The notes beneath the pieces are model-generated. The model ran no database searches, was not told where the DNA came from, and was given only the letters and a program-made list of their open reading frames with translations. A DNA stretch of 64,000 nt from Octopus sinensis (lineage: Eukaryota). The position numbers and the translations under genes are program-made. The DNA lies in NCBI RefSeq assembly GCF_006345805.1, contig NC_042999.1, forward strand, positions 10,540,001-10,604,000, read 5' to 3'. Below, piece after piece: positions 12,401 through 27,884 of the stretch; positions within the stretch are counted from its first letter, which is position 1, and each line of letters starts with the position of its first letter.

Positions 12401-13139
12401 GGGACAGAGAACGGAGAATAGGAATTTTGCTAGAACTGACAGTGCCATGGGAAGAGAACATCGGCAATGCAGAGAAACGAAAGAAGAGGTATGAAAAACT
12501 AATCAGAGAGTGCAGAGAACAGGGATGGAATGTCGAATATTATCACCTGGCAGTGGGGGCTAGAGGCCTCATTGAAAGAAAAATGACAAAGTTATTCAAA
12601 AGAAGATTTGTTTCTTCTAGCTCAGAGCTGAAAAACTAATAAGGAGAGTCCAGGAGGCAGTCGAAAAAGCCAGCTTCTATATATGGCTGAGGAGGGATGA
12701 CCAAAAATGGCTTGAAAATCATAACATGCTGGCAGGAAAATAACATCACTAGGTGAGACAAGCTGACACTGAATTAGCTTCGCTGAAGACTATGCGCTTT
12801 CATTGGTCAGTTAAAGTTGAGACAGTGTCATGTGACAACTTGCTGGGGCTGCCTGCTGGAGCCTAGCAGCAGGTTTTAAAGGGAAATTTGGCAAGTCAGT
12901 CAGTCACCCGCTGACACTCGATGCTACACCGAAGAGGCCAGGGAACAGAAGAAAGAAGACATGCACCCAACACCAGAGCTGAAGACACCTCCAAAAGGAG
13001 GGAACCCCGCCACATCAAAACGGTAGAGGAGTAGGGGCTGAAACCGAATGTGGTTTCTCCTGATGATGTCTTGAGCTAACTGGATCATATCAAGGAGCTG
13101 TTGTGGTAGCAGACTACGAAACACGGTTGAAATTCCTCA
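9349..13139 (+). mobile_element. Decayed RLE-type non-LTR retrotransposon (HERO-like, R2 group)
   Basis: N-terminal zinc finger CCGKVFASYIGLRIHQRKVC; RT motifs SSPGKDG, FRPISLLN, GIAAGCTIS, FMDD; zinc knuckle CRCG...HVLSGC; RHN; RLE nuclease KRPELVLWD...LLELTVPWE. Multiple in-frame stops and frameshifts. Confidence 0.88.
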
Positions 13140-15674
13140 AACTCTTTCTCTGTTCTACATTCCTCTAAAATCAATGTGTGTGTTGGAATGCACATAGACA
13201 GAATGGTAATCCAGTTTGATAATGTTTTATCTGCAACTTGACAAAGTGATTCTCTTCAACAAACATTCAATTTGTTTACAATGGAATAAATAATTCAAAG
13301 TTACATATCCTCAAATCACTCAACCGTTTTTCAACTTTAATGGAATCTCTGATATTCTACAGAATCCATTATATAAAGTCACTCAATCAATTCTTTACTT
13401 GATTTTGTTTCAAAATAATTTCCATTTGTTCTTTTATAATTTCTTTTTTACACAAAATTTTTCCAATTCTTTTGATAAAGCAGTGGTTATTATTATTATT
13501 ATTAAACTTCCTATCTTGCTAAATTGATAAGGTGTGGGATTGCAGGAACATTGAAGGTTTGTGTTCCATCATCAAACAAACGGAGAATCTAACAAGATAA
13601 TAGATTAAATTATAGACAATGTCTTAACTTCAACCCTGGGGTCCAGTTTCTGATTTCATGCTGTGTATGACATCAGCTGTGCAACAATCCATTCCACATT
13701 AACCTGCAAAGATCCCATAAAGTCTTCATGGTTATCTTATAAGATTTACAAGTGTGACCATTACAGTTTTTGTTGTTTTCCATCGTCACAACAACAAACT
13801 GGTTGTGGTCAATGAGAGATTGTGAACAATTATATTCCAGAAGCAACCATCTTTAGTATTTAGCTGTTTTCCTTACCTCAGTCTTTCTTTCAAATACATG
13901 AATCTTTGACATTTCTATTTTAAAGCATTGCATGGCCAAAAGGTTAAGAAATTTGCTTTGCAACTGTGAGTTCTTAGAAATGGTCCTATTGCATGGCATC
14001 TTGGACAAATGTAATTTTTCTAGAGCCTTGGATCAACCCATTTCCTTGCAGTGGACTATAGATGCCTGTCAGAGGGGTTGTACCTGGAATTCAAAAGGTA
14101 TAGCCTGACAATTACTCTAAGGGCAAATGTATCTGTGGGATTTTCAAACACTCATATATTTTCAGTTGGATCTTCATTTCTTTCTGAAATGCTCATGACA
14201 AAATGATTTGAACATGTTTTTTTTTTTATGATTTACAAAAGAAGTATTAGAGATATCTCAACAAATCCTGTTTCGATCTGACGTTTGCAAGTAGACAAGT
14301 GAGATGGTTTAGGAGATAAAGGACTGGAAAACCAGCTCACGGACAACAAGTTCCAGTTTTAGAGCAGATCTTTGGGTTTTGACTTGGAATAGTTTATTCC
14401 ATTGTCCCAGTTCAAAGGAGCTGCAATAAATGACTGATGGGGGAAAAAATATATTTGCAATCATGTGACTGGGTTGAGCAGAAGCTCCTAAAAGATGTCC
14501 TTCAGGCTTTTATAGAAGTTGTATTTTGTTTTTCTTTTTATAAATTACTTTAGGAAAGGTACATGACCGAGTGGTTAAGGTGTTGAGCAAAACACTTCAT
14601 TTTATGTTACTCCAGTTCACTCAGCTGTGAATTCCAGCAATAGCTGGGAAGTTAACCCTGTGAGGGGCTGGCACCCCATCCAGTGGGGCGTGTTCAGATC
14701 TCATTCACGCACATACCATGAAAATTGGGAGAATCTCTTACCCTTATGAGTCCTGAGGATCACGACAGGCTTTAGTCCATAAAGAATTTTTACTCTAAAT
14801 ATTTGTAAGGAATTAACCAGCTTCAACATTTTCAATATTAATCTAAATTTCTTGTGAAATTTAATGGCTGAAATGTGAATTAAAAGGGAAGAAGAGACAA
14901 AAGAAGTTGGGGAAAAACAAGTAAAGAATATTTTAAAACACAAACAAGTCAATTAGGGCATAAATTGATTAACACTTCTCATTTAATAATCATCAGTTGA
15001 TACAGACTTGAAGTTATTTTTTTGTTTTTGTTGGTTTTTTTTTTGGTTTTTTTTCAACCATCATTCACTCAACAATATCACCAAATACATCCAGTAACAA
15101 AGGTATTTATGAAATTTGTCAATAATACCATCATCTTTTGACTATTGTCAGTTGGGGGAGGTGGGGGGAGTTGTATACAAATGTCTTTTCTTTTTCTTTA
15201 TAACTCTGCTACATCATCAACTAATACCATCCGATAGTGTGAAATAACAAAACAGTAAAGGATGGCACCCGAGTAATACATTTGGTTTTGGTTTCATTTT
15301 GTTTTTCTTGGCTGCAGAATAGCAAATCTTAGGCAGGGGTGTTGGTTTGGTCCCCTCCCTCCACAACAGCTTCGTTTTGGATTCCACTGTATCAGCTAGG
15401 CCATCCAGCTAAGAAAGTTCCAAGTCATGACAATGGCTGAATTTATATAGAATTCAAGGGACAAAAAAAAAAAAAAGAAAAAAAAAGATTGTCATTGTTC
15501 CAGTTTAGTATGACATCTTGGACTCAACAGATTTTTCCTTTGCATTTTTCTTTTTTTTTTTTTCTTTTTTTCAAGAGATAATTTCTACTAACGGTTAACT
15601 ACTTTGTTTAGCAAAGAGATAGTAGAGAAACTAACAAGTGGTTTTTTTTTTTAGTTTGACAGATAAATGAGAGC

Positions 15675-16910
<1,236 letters not shown>

Positions 16911-19378
16911 GGAGGAGAGAAATGGAGATTATATTGAAGGTAAATTTTGCTTTCATACTGAACTCATGACTGAAACTAAGGTGTTGTAATGAGTATAGAA
17001 TGGCAATTTTTAACCTTCCATGGGTGGGGGAAAAAAATAAAGCCCTGTCCCTGAAGGCAAAATTACTGTAGCTGTTGTATTGAAGAGGACAAGAAGGTTG
17101 GTTATTAGAAGAGGACTGGAAAAGACTGATTCTGTTAAACTAAGCATCTTAATATAAATACTCAGTAGAGAAAAACGTTAGTTTAAGAAGCATGGGACGT
17201 GCAGGAGGGTATGTAAGGACACACGCATACATACACACAGCAATGCATTAGCTCTACGTAACCGAAAAGATTAACTTCACAAGCTGAGAACTCACTGCGA
17301 AGAGGTTCACAGAGAATCCTCCAAAGATAGGCAAAACAAGCACACACACACACCCACACACACACACACGTTGTCAATGATCTTACAGATGCACACACAA
17401 TGAGAGAACGGGCTTAGAAAAGCTTGCTACACTTTTTATTATTTCTTTTTTTTTATGTCAGTACAATCCACGGAAGAAGGGAGAAGAATTTCAAGAAACT
17501 GCTCACAAGTCAACAATTGACTTAGCTAAGAAGGGACGATAGTTTTATTGCAATAGAATGACAACACTGGTTGTGGTCAGACCCTGAAATTTTCTATTCC
17601 TTTCCTTTTGCTATGAATCTGTCCACTGCATAAAAACCAACCTTCCTCTAATATATATATATATCACTCCACAATGTAACAACAGGTCGATGGCTACAGG
17701 GTTAGTTAGCTAGCTAGAAATTTAGTTGGAACTCTTCTTACTCTGCAGTCTTGTCCACTAATGCTAGTTCTACTAATATTATTCAAATCACAAGAACTGA
17801 GCCAGTTTACTGGGTATTTTAGGAAGAAAGAAAACACTGGAGGGGAGGGGGACAGAAAAAAAAATTTCAATTGGCCAAATGCCTTCTTATTTCCTTCCCA
17901 TTAAGTAAAAAAAAAAAAAAATTCATTTCAGGATATTAAAGTAGCAGACATTGCATCTCTCACCTGACTTTGCAGGTGAGAGAGAGAGAGAGAGAGAGAG
18001 AATCAGGTAATGTGCAACATTTGGTTGTTGTCGTCCTCCTCCTCCTAATAGTTAAATTCCCAAACTGTGCTCACACATTTAATACATTGGATACGATATA
18101 GTGTGAAAAATATCTTTCATTTACAAAATGTTTATAGAACATCTTTCAAATATCATGCTGCAGATACACATATGTATACACAAACACATACATATACGAG
18201 TATATATATATGTGCGTGTGTGTGCATGTTTATGTGTGTATATATGTATAGTAAGTATATATATATATATATATATAGTATATAATGTGTACTATATACA
18301 ACATATGCACACACACTACCTATATAGTCCATGTAGTTGAGTATTTGTGTGTGTCTGTGTGTGTGTATGTGTATACATACATACATACACATTTAGATAC
18401 ATATATATAAGATGGAGGAATGAAAGAATATGAAGAAAAGCTACTCATTTAAAAGTGATTGTGACCATTTCCTTCTGCTCTCTCTGCACCAACTTTCATT
18501 CCATTCTATTCTGATGTTGATGAAGAGTAGCACTTTGCAACATTAAGGTTCAGATATTCTGCCAACACTCACTCCTTCCGTTTCAGCACTGCTCTCGGTC
18601 TCGCCGAACCAGTTCTGGCCAAAGATGTCAGTTTCCAGCAAGGAGTTGCCATCTTCAAGAGCAAAGAATGCTTGCTGTTTTTAATGTTACCTTTGTCTCC
18701 TCAGGTCAAGAAATTAGACTCCATTTCTCAATCCAGGTGTAGAGTCGGTCAGAAAAGGCACGTTGGCATTATATACCAAGAACAACAGTGTTTACCTACG
18801 CTCCAGTTTGGATTTCGTTATACACACTGCACTTGAATGTTATGCCGCTCTCAATTTGTCCACATGCGAAAAGATCTCCTGGTAAGTAATATCCTCACTT
18901 AAGTCAAAAGGTTATACTTCTGAAAGCAGAAATTTACTCATGTACACCAAAAATGTCAGAAAACTGTGGCACAGGTGGGAGGAAAATTTGATACAGTGAG
19001 AGAGGGAAAAAAATGTTTCAAAACATTAAGTGAATCTTTTTTTCTTTTTCTTTTTGTGGTGGGGGAGATTGAAAATGGAAATATAGAAATGTATGTTAAA
19101 AAGTCTAGCTGATGTGTATGGATTGGTGGTGGTGGTGGTGGTGGTGGTGGTAGTGGTTGATGATGGTGGTGGTGGTGGGAGGGACCTCGAACGCAGCTTG
19201 GTCCTTTGTCTTTAGCAGTGAGAGCCAAAAAAGATAGAGCTTTGAAAGTGATAAACGACTATTTTTTTTTTCTTTTTGTTCAGAAGATAAAACAGGAAAT
19301 GGCTTCTAGCTGTCAGCAATGAGTGAGCACAGAGAAATCAATCAAAATTGGTAACGTATGTGAAAGACATACACACAC

Positions 19379-19412
<34 letters not shown>

Positions 19413-22400
19413 TCACTATCCCACATACATACACACAAACATATGTACATGTGTACAAGTATATATAAGATTTGCATAAATATTTTTACATAAACACAGG
19501 GATTCATAGCAATTGGAAATTTAAGCCAAAAGCTCAGTTTCTTAAATATGGAACAAAAAAAAAATAGAAAAGAAAATGAAATGAATTCATTTCATTCAAA
19601 GAAATAAACTCAAAATATATCTTTAAGAAAAATATCAACAAAATTTTCAATTTACTAAATATTATATTTCAAAAGTTTGTGATTTTTCTCAACGAAATGG
19701 AATCCAGAAATATTCTGAATTCAAACAAAATGTAAAAAAAAACAAAACAAAAAACAAAAACAAAAAAACAAAACAAACAAACAAAAACAAAATTAAAACA
19801 ATAAAAAAACAATGCTTTTTTTGAAATTTGGAAAATATTGTGTTTAATGAACGTAGATTTTTACTGATATATTAAAATATTTTCATAATTTAAAATCTTA
19901 AAAAAAAAGAAAAGAAATTTTCTTTGTCTGTTTGCCCTTTTGAATAGTATATAATTGCCATTTAAAACCCTCAGCTATCAATGATCTCATTTACTCCATA
20001 ATTTACTAGCAGCAATAATTTGACATCTGATTTGAATTTTGTTTTCTTTTGGAAACAATTCATTTGGAAAGAATTTATAAACAATTTGGGGGACAACAAC
20101 TGTTCCAAATAACAGGGCAGCCCCTAGAAAACTTGGAATTAAGTATTAATCTTAATTGAAATTAGGGGTCAGGATATAGGGATAAAACAAATTTTAATAA
20201 AAAAATATTTTATTTTTGTCTTCAAAAAGAATCTATGAAAATAGAGAAGAAAAAATTTGAAAGAAACAAAATATCCCTTGATGGGGTTTTTAATGCATGA
20301 AAGAGAAAGAAATGTTGCAAAGAAAAAGATTTTCTTAAATTGGCCGAAAAACTTGAGAAAGTTAGCAACTGAGAGAAATTTTGAAAACAATGCAAAATGA
20401 TAAAAATAAATATTTTGAATTAAATTGTTGACAGAAGAAACGCTTTGGTTGAAAGGAAGGATCAGCATCAATACTTTGGCTTCAAATGAAGTGCAGCATT
20501 TGGGGTTTTGTTGGAATTTCTGATTTGTTTTCTTTTTTCCCGGTATCTGAAGAATTGTCTAAACTTACATATGTGGGGAATTTGGAAAAAATTATACCTG
20601 TGTTTATAAACATAGACATTACATTAATTGATGGATTTTGAGCTTTGTAGATGTAAAAACCAATTGTTCCCAATGTGGAACAAATGTGTGCACCTTGACC
20701 CTTTCTTATCAAATCTCCATTGAAATACATGGCCTTTGCTTTCAATTAATTTTGAAAATAACAAAGAATTTAGTAAAATAACTATCACTAGGTCAAAGTT
20801 TGGAACATAAAAATGAATCTGAAATTTCCACACAAGCTTTTAATTTAGATCAGTTCAAACCAATGATTGGCTATCATAGAACCAGAGATGCTCTCAGACA
20901 GTTTGGCATCAAAAGATTTAATATATGTTATTAAAATAACTAACAATTAAATGACAACTAGTTTTGGTAGACGATAGGTTCCATCTATCGTTCTTTTGGT
21001 TTTGCTCACTTTCCTCTAAAACCTCAGAAAATAAAATAAAGAAATAGGATACATTTTGTTCCAAAGACTTTCTGGTAAGAAACAAGCCTGTAGTTACCAT
21101 TTTCACATTTGTATGTCCTTAAGCATTGAACTCTGAGTGAAGAAAACAAATTCGAAAGACTAAACCAGAAGGATATGAAACAACTGAACTCTTCCAATTG
21201 TTTAAACGAAAGTTGTACCGACAAATGGTAAATCCCTCAACTTCAGAGCTTGCCAAGTAAAGCAGAATTATAAAGGAATTATCTCTGGAAGTCTACCGAC
21301 CCAGCAGCAGCATCAAAGAGCAAGTAAGTCATTTGGCAAACATGACCATTGAAAGCAAGCAGAGAAAAGTAGGCTACACAAAGGAACGGTTAGGGTTTGT
21401 TTTTATATTTTATCTTTCAGCTGAAAAATCACATAAAAAATAATCAGAATTAAGTTGCGAATCTACCAGGGTAGAAAAAAAGAAGAAAAATTCTTTGTAT
21501 GATGGGTAGAAAGTCAGTAATTTTGAGGGGAAAGAGCAAGTTGATTAGATATACTGCAGTACTTCGCTCGTGCTTATTTGATCAACCCCCAAAAGAATGA
21601 AAGACAAAGCTGACCATGGCAGGATATGACTCAGAGCTACTGACCCAGAAGTAATGCTGCTAAGCATTTGGTCTGATGCCCCAACAATTCCACCAGCTCA
21701 CTGTCTTCAGGATAATAAGTGCTTCGAACTTTGGCATGGGGAAGGTGAGGGCTAGTTGGCTTTATCAACCCTGGTATATTAACTGGCACTCTATTTTAAT
21801 GACCCAGGAGGGGATGACAGGCAAACAACCTGGACATGGTTTGAACTCAGAAAACAGAGAGCTGAGAGAAATGCAGTAATTCATTTTGCCCAATGCATTA
21901 ATGACTTGGCCAGCTCACTGCCTTAGTTGTAGAAGTAGTAGTAATAGTAATCCAACAACAAAAAAATTCTCACTACTAAAGAACCATATTATTGTTATTA
22001 TTATTGCTGGAAGAATGGTTAGTGCCAGAAAAATTGCTTTGTGGCATTCGTTCCAGCTCTTTACATTCTGAGTTCAAATCCTGCTGAGGTCAACTTTGCC
22101 TTTCATCCTTTTGGATACCTGTCAAGTACTGGGGTTGATGGCATCAACTATCCCTGGTCTCCCTTCTGCCTAAAACAGCAACAGTTAGAGGCAGTGAGCT
22201 GCCAGAATCATCAACAGCTCAAACAAAACACTTTGCAGCAGTGACAGTCTGAGTTCAAATTTTATTGAGATCAACTTTCATCCTTTCAGGGTCAATAAAA
22301 TAAAGTCCCAACCAAGTAGGGGGTGCAAGTGTGGGTGGTGGATGGTACTGACTAACATACACCCTCTAAAACTGCTGGACTTGGACCAAAATCCGAAACA

Positions 22401-23906
22401 ATTATTCCTATTATTGCTTAGCAGTACTGGTCTAAATTCCTAAGAATAACTTTAACTCTTCATAAATCATAAAGTGGAATTTTCTTTCTAAATGTTGGAA
22501 TGTTTAGGATTAACGGAGTTTTTCAAAGGAGACAAGGAAAGCAGCCAATATAAAAACTATGTGTGTGAGTGTGTATATACATATATACACACATATATAT
22601 CCAACAATCTGCACTTGAATAGCTTAAGAGAGAGAGAGAAATGGTTGTATGAAGGGGAGTATTGTGAAGTATTTCTGAGAAAAGAAATTATTTCTGTATT
22701 TCAAAATTAAGTCTGGAGGTTAAAAAGTCTAATCATTGGAAACTGGCATGAAATCTTTCAATGTTCGAAACCAGTTTTTTAATCTTAAGTGTTCAAATGT
22801 CGAAGATACAACTGAAACAAGAAACATTCCTGATAATACTTTAAATTTCAAGGTCCATTAACCTCATCATTTTGTTGTTTAACACTATATTTGGATCGAA
22901 ACTGTATTAAACACAACCAAAAAGCGTGAGGTGAAAAGCTGAGAAAATCAAACTATTATCTATGGTTTCTCGTTTTAGAATTTTCAACAAGGAACTCTAC
23001 CTATTCCAACATTGCTTTGAGAATCACAGTGGATTTAGGGGAGTTTCTATCTAGTAATCTGGGAGGGCTAACAACTTTTGGCTACACCACGTTTTTGAAG
23101 CATCGTTGATTTGAACTACAGTGAAAAAAAGTAAGCCACAAATTTAAAGAAATAAGCAAAAAATTTCAACAATGAAGTCATAACAAAAACAAAGGAAACA
23201 AAGAAAAGAAGAGGTGAGTGAGTGGAGGTCGCAGTTTGAGGGACATGCTTTTCAATCTTTCCTGTTTTGAGTCAAGTTAAATGTTGCTTGAATTGAAATC
23301 GAGCATTTGTTAAGGGAGGGGCTGCTTTCATTTGCATAGCTTCAGGTTTGAAGACCCAGAAAAATTAAGATCAAAACTGATTTCTTTTGGCAATAAATAT
23401 TCATTTGCTACAAATGCTTGTGCGTGTTCATGCACATGTGTGTGTGTGTATGTATATATATATGTGTGTGTGTGTGTGTATGTATGCATGTGTGTGTATG
23501 TATGTGTGGGCATGCATATGTGTGAAGCATATATTTACATCTAGACACATAGATGTGTATTTGTCCCACATAAGTGTATTCATGTGTATGTGTGTAAGTG
23601 TGTGTGTGCATATATATACATGTGTGTATGTGTGTATACATATATGTATATATATATTCTGTTACTTAAATACATATAAGCATACTCACACATATGAACA
23701 TATATATACTGATACATAAACCAACACATCATACACGCAAACACACCTGAATATACACACACTACATAGATTCTAAGGAAACTTAAAACATGTATGTACA
23801 ATGCTTTTTGATTTTTTCTTTTTATTTTACATACATTAACTAAATTCTTGAAGGATCACATATTATACATATGTATACATATTTCAAACATTAATTATAT
23901 ATAGAT

Positions 23907-23953
<47 letters not shown>

Positions 23954-24633
23954 ACTTCACATGTACCTCATTCAGGAATATGAAGTGTGGCACTGACACC
24001 TGCAGCATGCAAATTGCATATTGAATCTAATGTACATTTAGACCCTATATGCACTACACTTATACACATGTATCCTGGCTGCATATGTTCATGCAACCTA
24101 TATATATATATATATGTGTGTATATATATATATAAACATCCAACCTAGCATACATGCACATCCATACACACACTCATCTATGTGTATGTGAATGTGTCTA
24201 CCTATGCACACACACACACACACACACACAAACACATACACAAACACTAATATGAGTGTGTGTGCATGTGTATATTACACATACATAATTCAATATATTA
24301 CAATTTTAGAGTTGTTTTTTTTTTATCAACAAAGCATGATGTATAGAACTGTCGTGAGAAGGGAACAACATTCATAGAACTCTTACCAGTTGTGTTTTTT
24401 TATACAAGATATAGATGCCTTTGTCTTTTCTTACACAAGGAAGTTGTAGTTTCTTCATTCTTTCTGTTTCGGGGGGTAGGGGCTTGTTTCTTTGTTTGAA
24501 AATAAATGTATTCCCTGTAGCAATACAATTTACAGGAAATGACATTTTGTACACCAGAAGATAAAAAAAAATTTAAGAAATCACTTGAAATTCAATGAAA
24601 AGGTAAAGCATTTCATATGTGTGTATATATTTA

Positions 24634-24665
<32 letters not shown>

Positions 24666-25862
24666 CACATATATGTTCATGTGTGTATATATATATATGC
24701 ATATACATGCATGTATGTGAGTATATATATATATATACATAAACATACACACATATATATAGGCAGGTAAATATGCATGTGTATGTATGTATATATATAT
24801 ATATATATATTATGCATATATATGTGTATTACACATTTATGCATATAGCATATATATATCATGCAAACACACACATATACACACACATATTTGCTTTTTT
24901 TGATGGTTGCAAAAACTAAGATTTAGACCCTGGCGCCATTTTTGAATACAATAACAAGATAAATAAACAGTTACTCTTGTAGAAATTAACCACAGACCAT
25001 TATTCCAGGCAATTCAGAGCAGCTGTTAGAACACGATTACATAAGCATAATTCTTTAGTGAGAAATGTTAATATTGAGAAAGAGTTGGACTACGAGAATG
25101 AAAGATTTGCTTTTTTTTACTTAAAAAAAGGTATTAAAAAAAAATAATTTCACTTTGAAAATAATAGGAGAGTAAGTGATCCCCTTATCCTAAATTTTAA
25201 ATATCTTTGTTAAGATTTAATTCAAAAGATTTGAAAGTGCCTCTCTGGACTATTCTTTGTGTTTGTTTCTTTTTTTTCTTGATTTTAGCTAGTTTATAAC
25301 TAAATGGATATTTCTTTAGGGAAAAAAATGAAAATAAAGTTTTTTTAAAGATAAATTGACAAATAGATGGATTGATAAATTAGATTAGATAGATCGATAG
25401 ATGAGAGAGAGAGAGAGCGAGAGAGAGAGGGAGAGTAAAATAAGAAATCTGGTTAAATGTTGGTGGGTCAGTGTTCAACTGAAAGTACATTGAGTGGAGG
25501 TAAGCAGAGCCTGACAGCAATAACAACCTGTGTTATTGCCTAATTGCCAATAGCTGCCTTTTTAAAAGATATCACTGCTTAGCTATGCCAGTTAACACAA
25601 TATAAAGCTTTATCTTGGACCAAAAAAAAAAAAAAGATATTAGAAATAAAAAATATAATAAATGTAGGCTTTTTAATTTGTTAGCTAATTTCCCCTGACA
25701 AATAATGATGATAATAATGATTAGAATAAAAATAACATAATTATTAGATGCTTAAATCTTTCCATTTTCTGAATACAAACAGATACATATCATGTGTATA
25801 ATTTCAATCACACAGACACTCTTAACAAAAAACAAAAAATAAAGTGTGTGCACATGTGTGTG

Positions 25863-25896
<34 letters not shown>

Positions 25897-25959
25897 AACA
25901 ATTATATTATTCTTAAGTGTATTGTAATGAAAGCACAAAAACTCAAATGCCATGAGCAA

Positions 25960-26154
<195 letters not shown>

Positions 26155-26215
26155 CTAGAAACAAGCAACAAAAAAAAAAACAAAAAACGGTTAATCAAAA
26201 TTGATAGGGTTTTAA

Positions 26216-26434
26216 CCCATACATGCTCATAAAAAATTTCACTGTGTTTAGATTAAACGTAATGGTAAGCTTTCACAACCTGGAAGAGTAGCGCAGGACG
26301 CAACCGTTAGCTCCGGGTGTTGACTCCCTACGGAACATTTCCTATGTTCAGTCAGAGGCTTCCTGGTGAGTTCGTATCCAAACAAATAGGAGCAGGTTTT
26401 GCATTGCGAAAATGCACCCACGGGTATATATGGG
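26216..26434. mobile_element. piggyBac-like MITE in the last ARHGAP39 intron
   Basis: TTAA on both flanks. Termini CCCATACATGCTCAT and (reverse complement) CCCATATATACCCGT form an imperfect TIR. Confidence 0.6.
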
Positions 26435-26912
26435 TTAAGGGAACTATACAAATACACAAAAGCAAATCATTGTACTCTGCTTTAAAATCCCTTATTCCCT
26501 GCTGGCATCAGTTGGACATAATTTGTTAGGAAGATTTCCAACGGCTGGATGCTCTCCTTGTCACCAACACTCACCGTTGGAAATGAACACCACCACTTGC
26601 TTGAGGCTTGTTTATAAAACTATTGCTGATGTCAAGAAAAGAGACCCCCCACCCACCTCAAATATGTGTGTGTGTGTGTATACATTCACACACAAATATG
26701 ATGAACTGTTTCAATTTCCAACAACCAAATCCACTCACAAGGCTTTGGTTGGCCCCTGATATAATAGAAAATATTTGTCCAAGGTGTCATACAGTGGAAC
26801 TGAACTCAAAACCATGTGGCCGGGAAGCAAACTTCTTAACCACACAGCCATAGCACATCACAAATAAAAAAAATCATTTATTTCCAAGAGGAATGATTCC
26901 TAAAATGTCTCA

Positions 26913-27320
<408 letters not shown>

Positions 27321-27884
27321 TTATAACAACTTAATTTTCAGTTTAAAAATTTAGAAAAATAGATATTCAAATACATAGTTTCTCCAAATTCCAAACTACT
27401 CAAGGAAACATAAAAAAAAGTGCTGCCCTAATGGATCCATTTCATTAACCCTTTTGATACCAATTTACTTGGGACTGGCCCAGCTTCTATCATACCAGCT
27501 TCATGTTATAAAGAAATTTAAATTAAGACCTTCCATTAAAATTTCATGTCAATTTGTTCTAAACATCACCTTAATACTGGCAAAAGGTGTTTTATTGAAC
27601 TCATCACTATCTTCAAAAAATCAATTGAAACAAAGGCTGCTTATTTCAACAGGAAAAAGGATAACAAAAACAAAGTTAAAAGATGGCTGATTAAGTTCAT
27701 TTGGGGGGGGGGGGGCTAGAAAGTTGTGTATGATGATTTTATGATAACAGGAACTGTTGCAGATCCCCCAGTAGAGATTACAATGATTATTGGCCTTTGA
27801 GATGTTCACACGTGAGTTAAGGCAATGAAAAATCTTCCAACACGAACATTTGTTGCCAATTTGAACTCCTAAGAGGTGAGCAGA

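Noticed and set aside
9567-12639. Active or domesticated retrotransposon ORF
   Set aside because: Several in-frame stops (for example TGA at about 10547 and TAA at about 10718), frameshifts and deletions; more than homopolymer sequencing errors could explain.
26216-26434. Structured GC-richer intronic island considered as an H/ACA snoRNA (U17-like)
   Set aside because: Lacks the U17 m1/m2 motifs; TTAA-CCC...GGG-TTAA termini explain it better as a piggyBac-like MITE.
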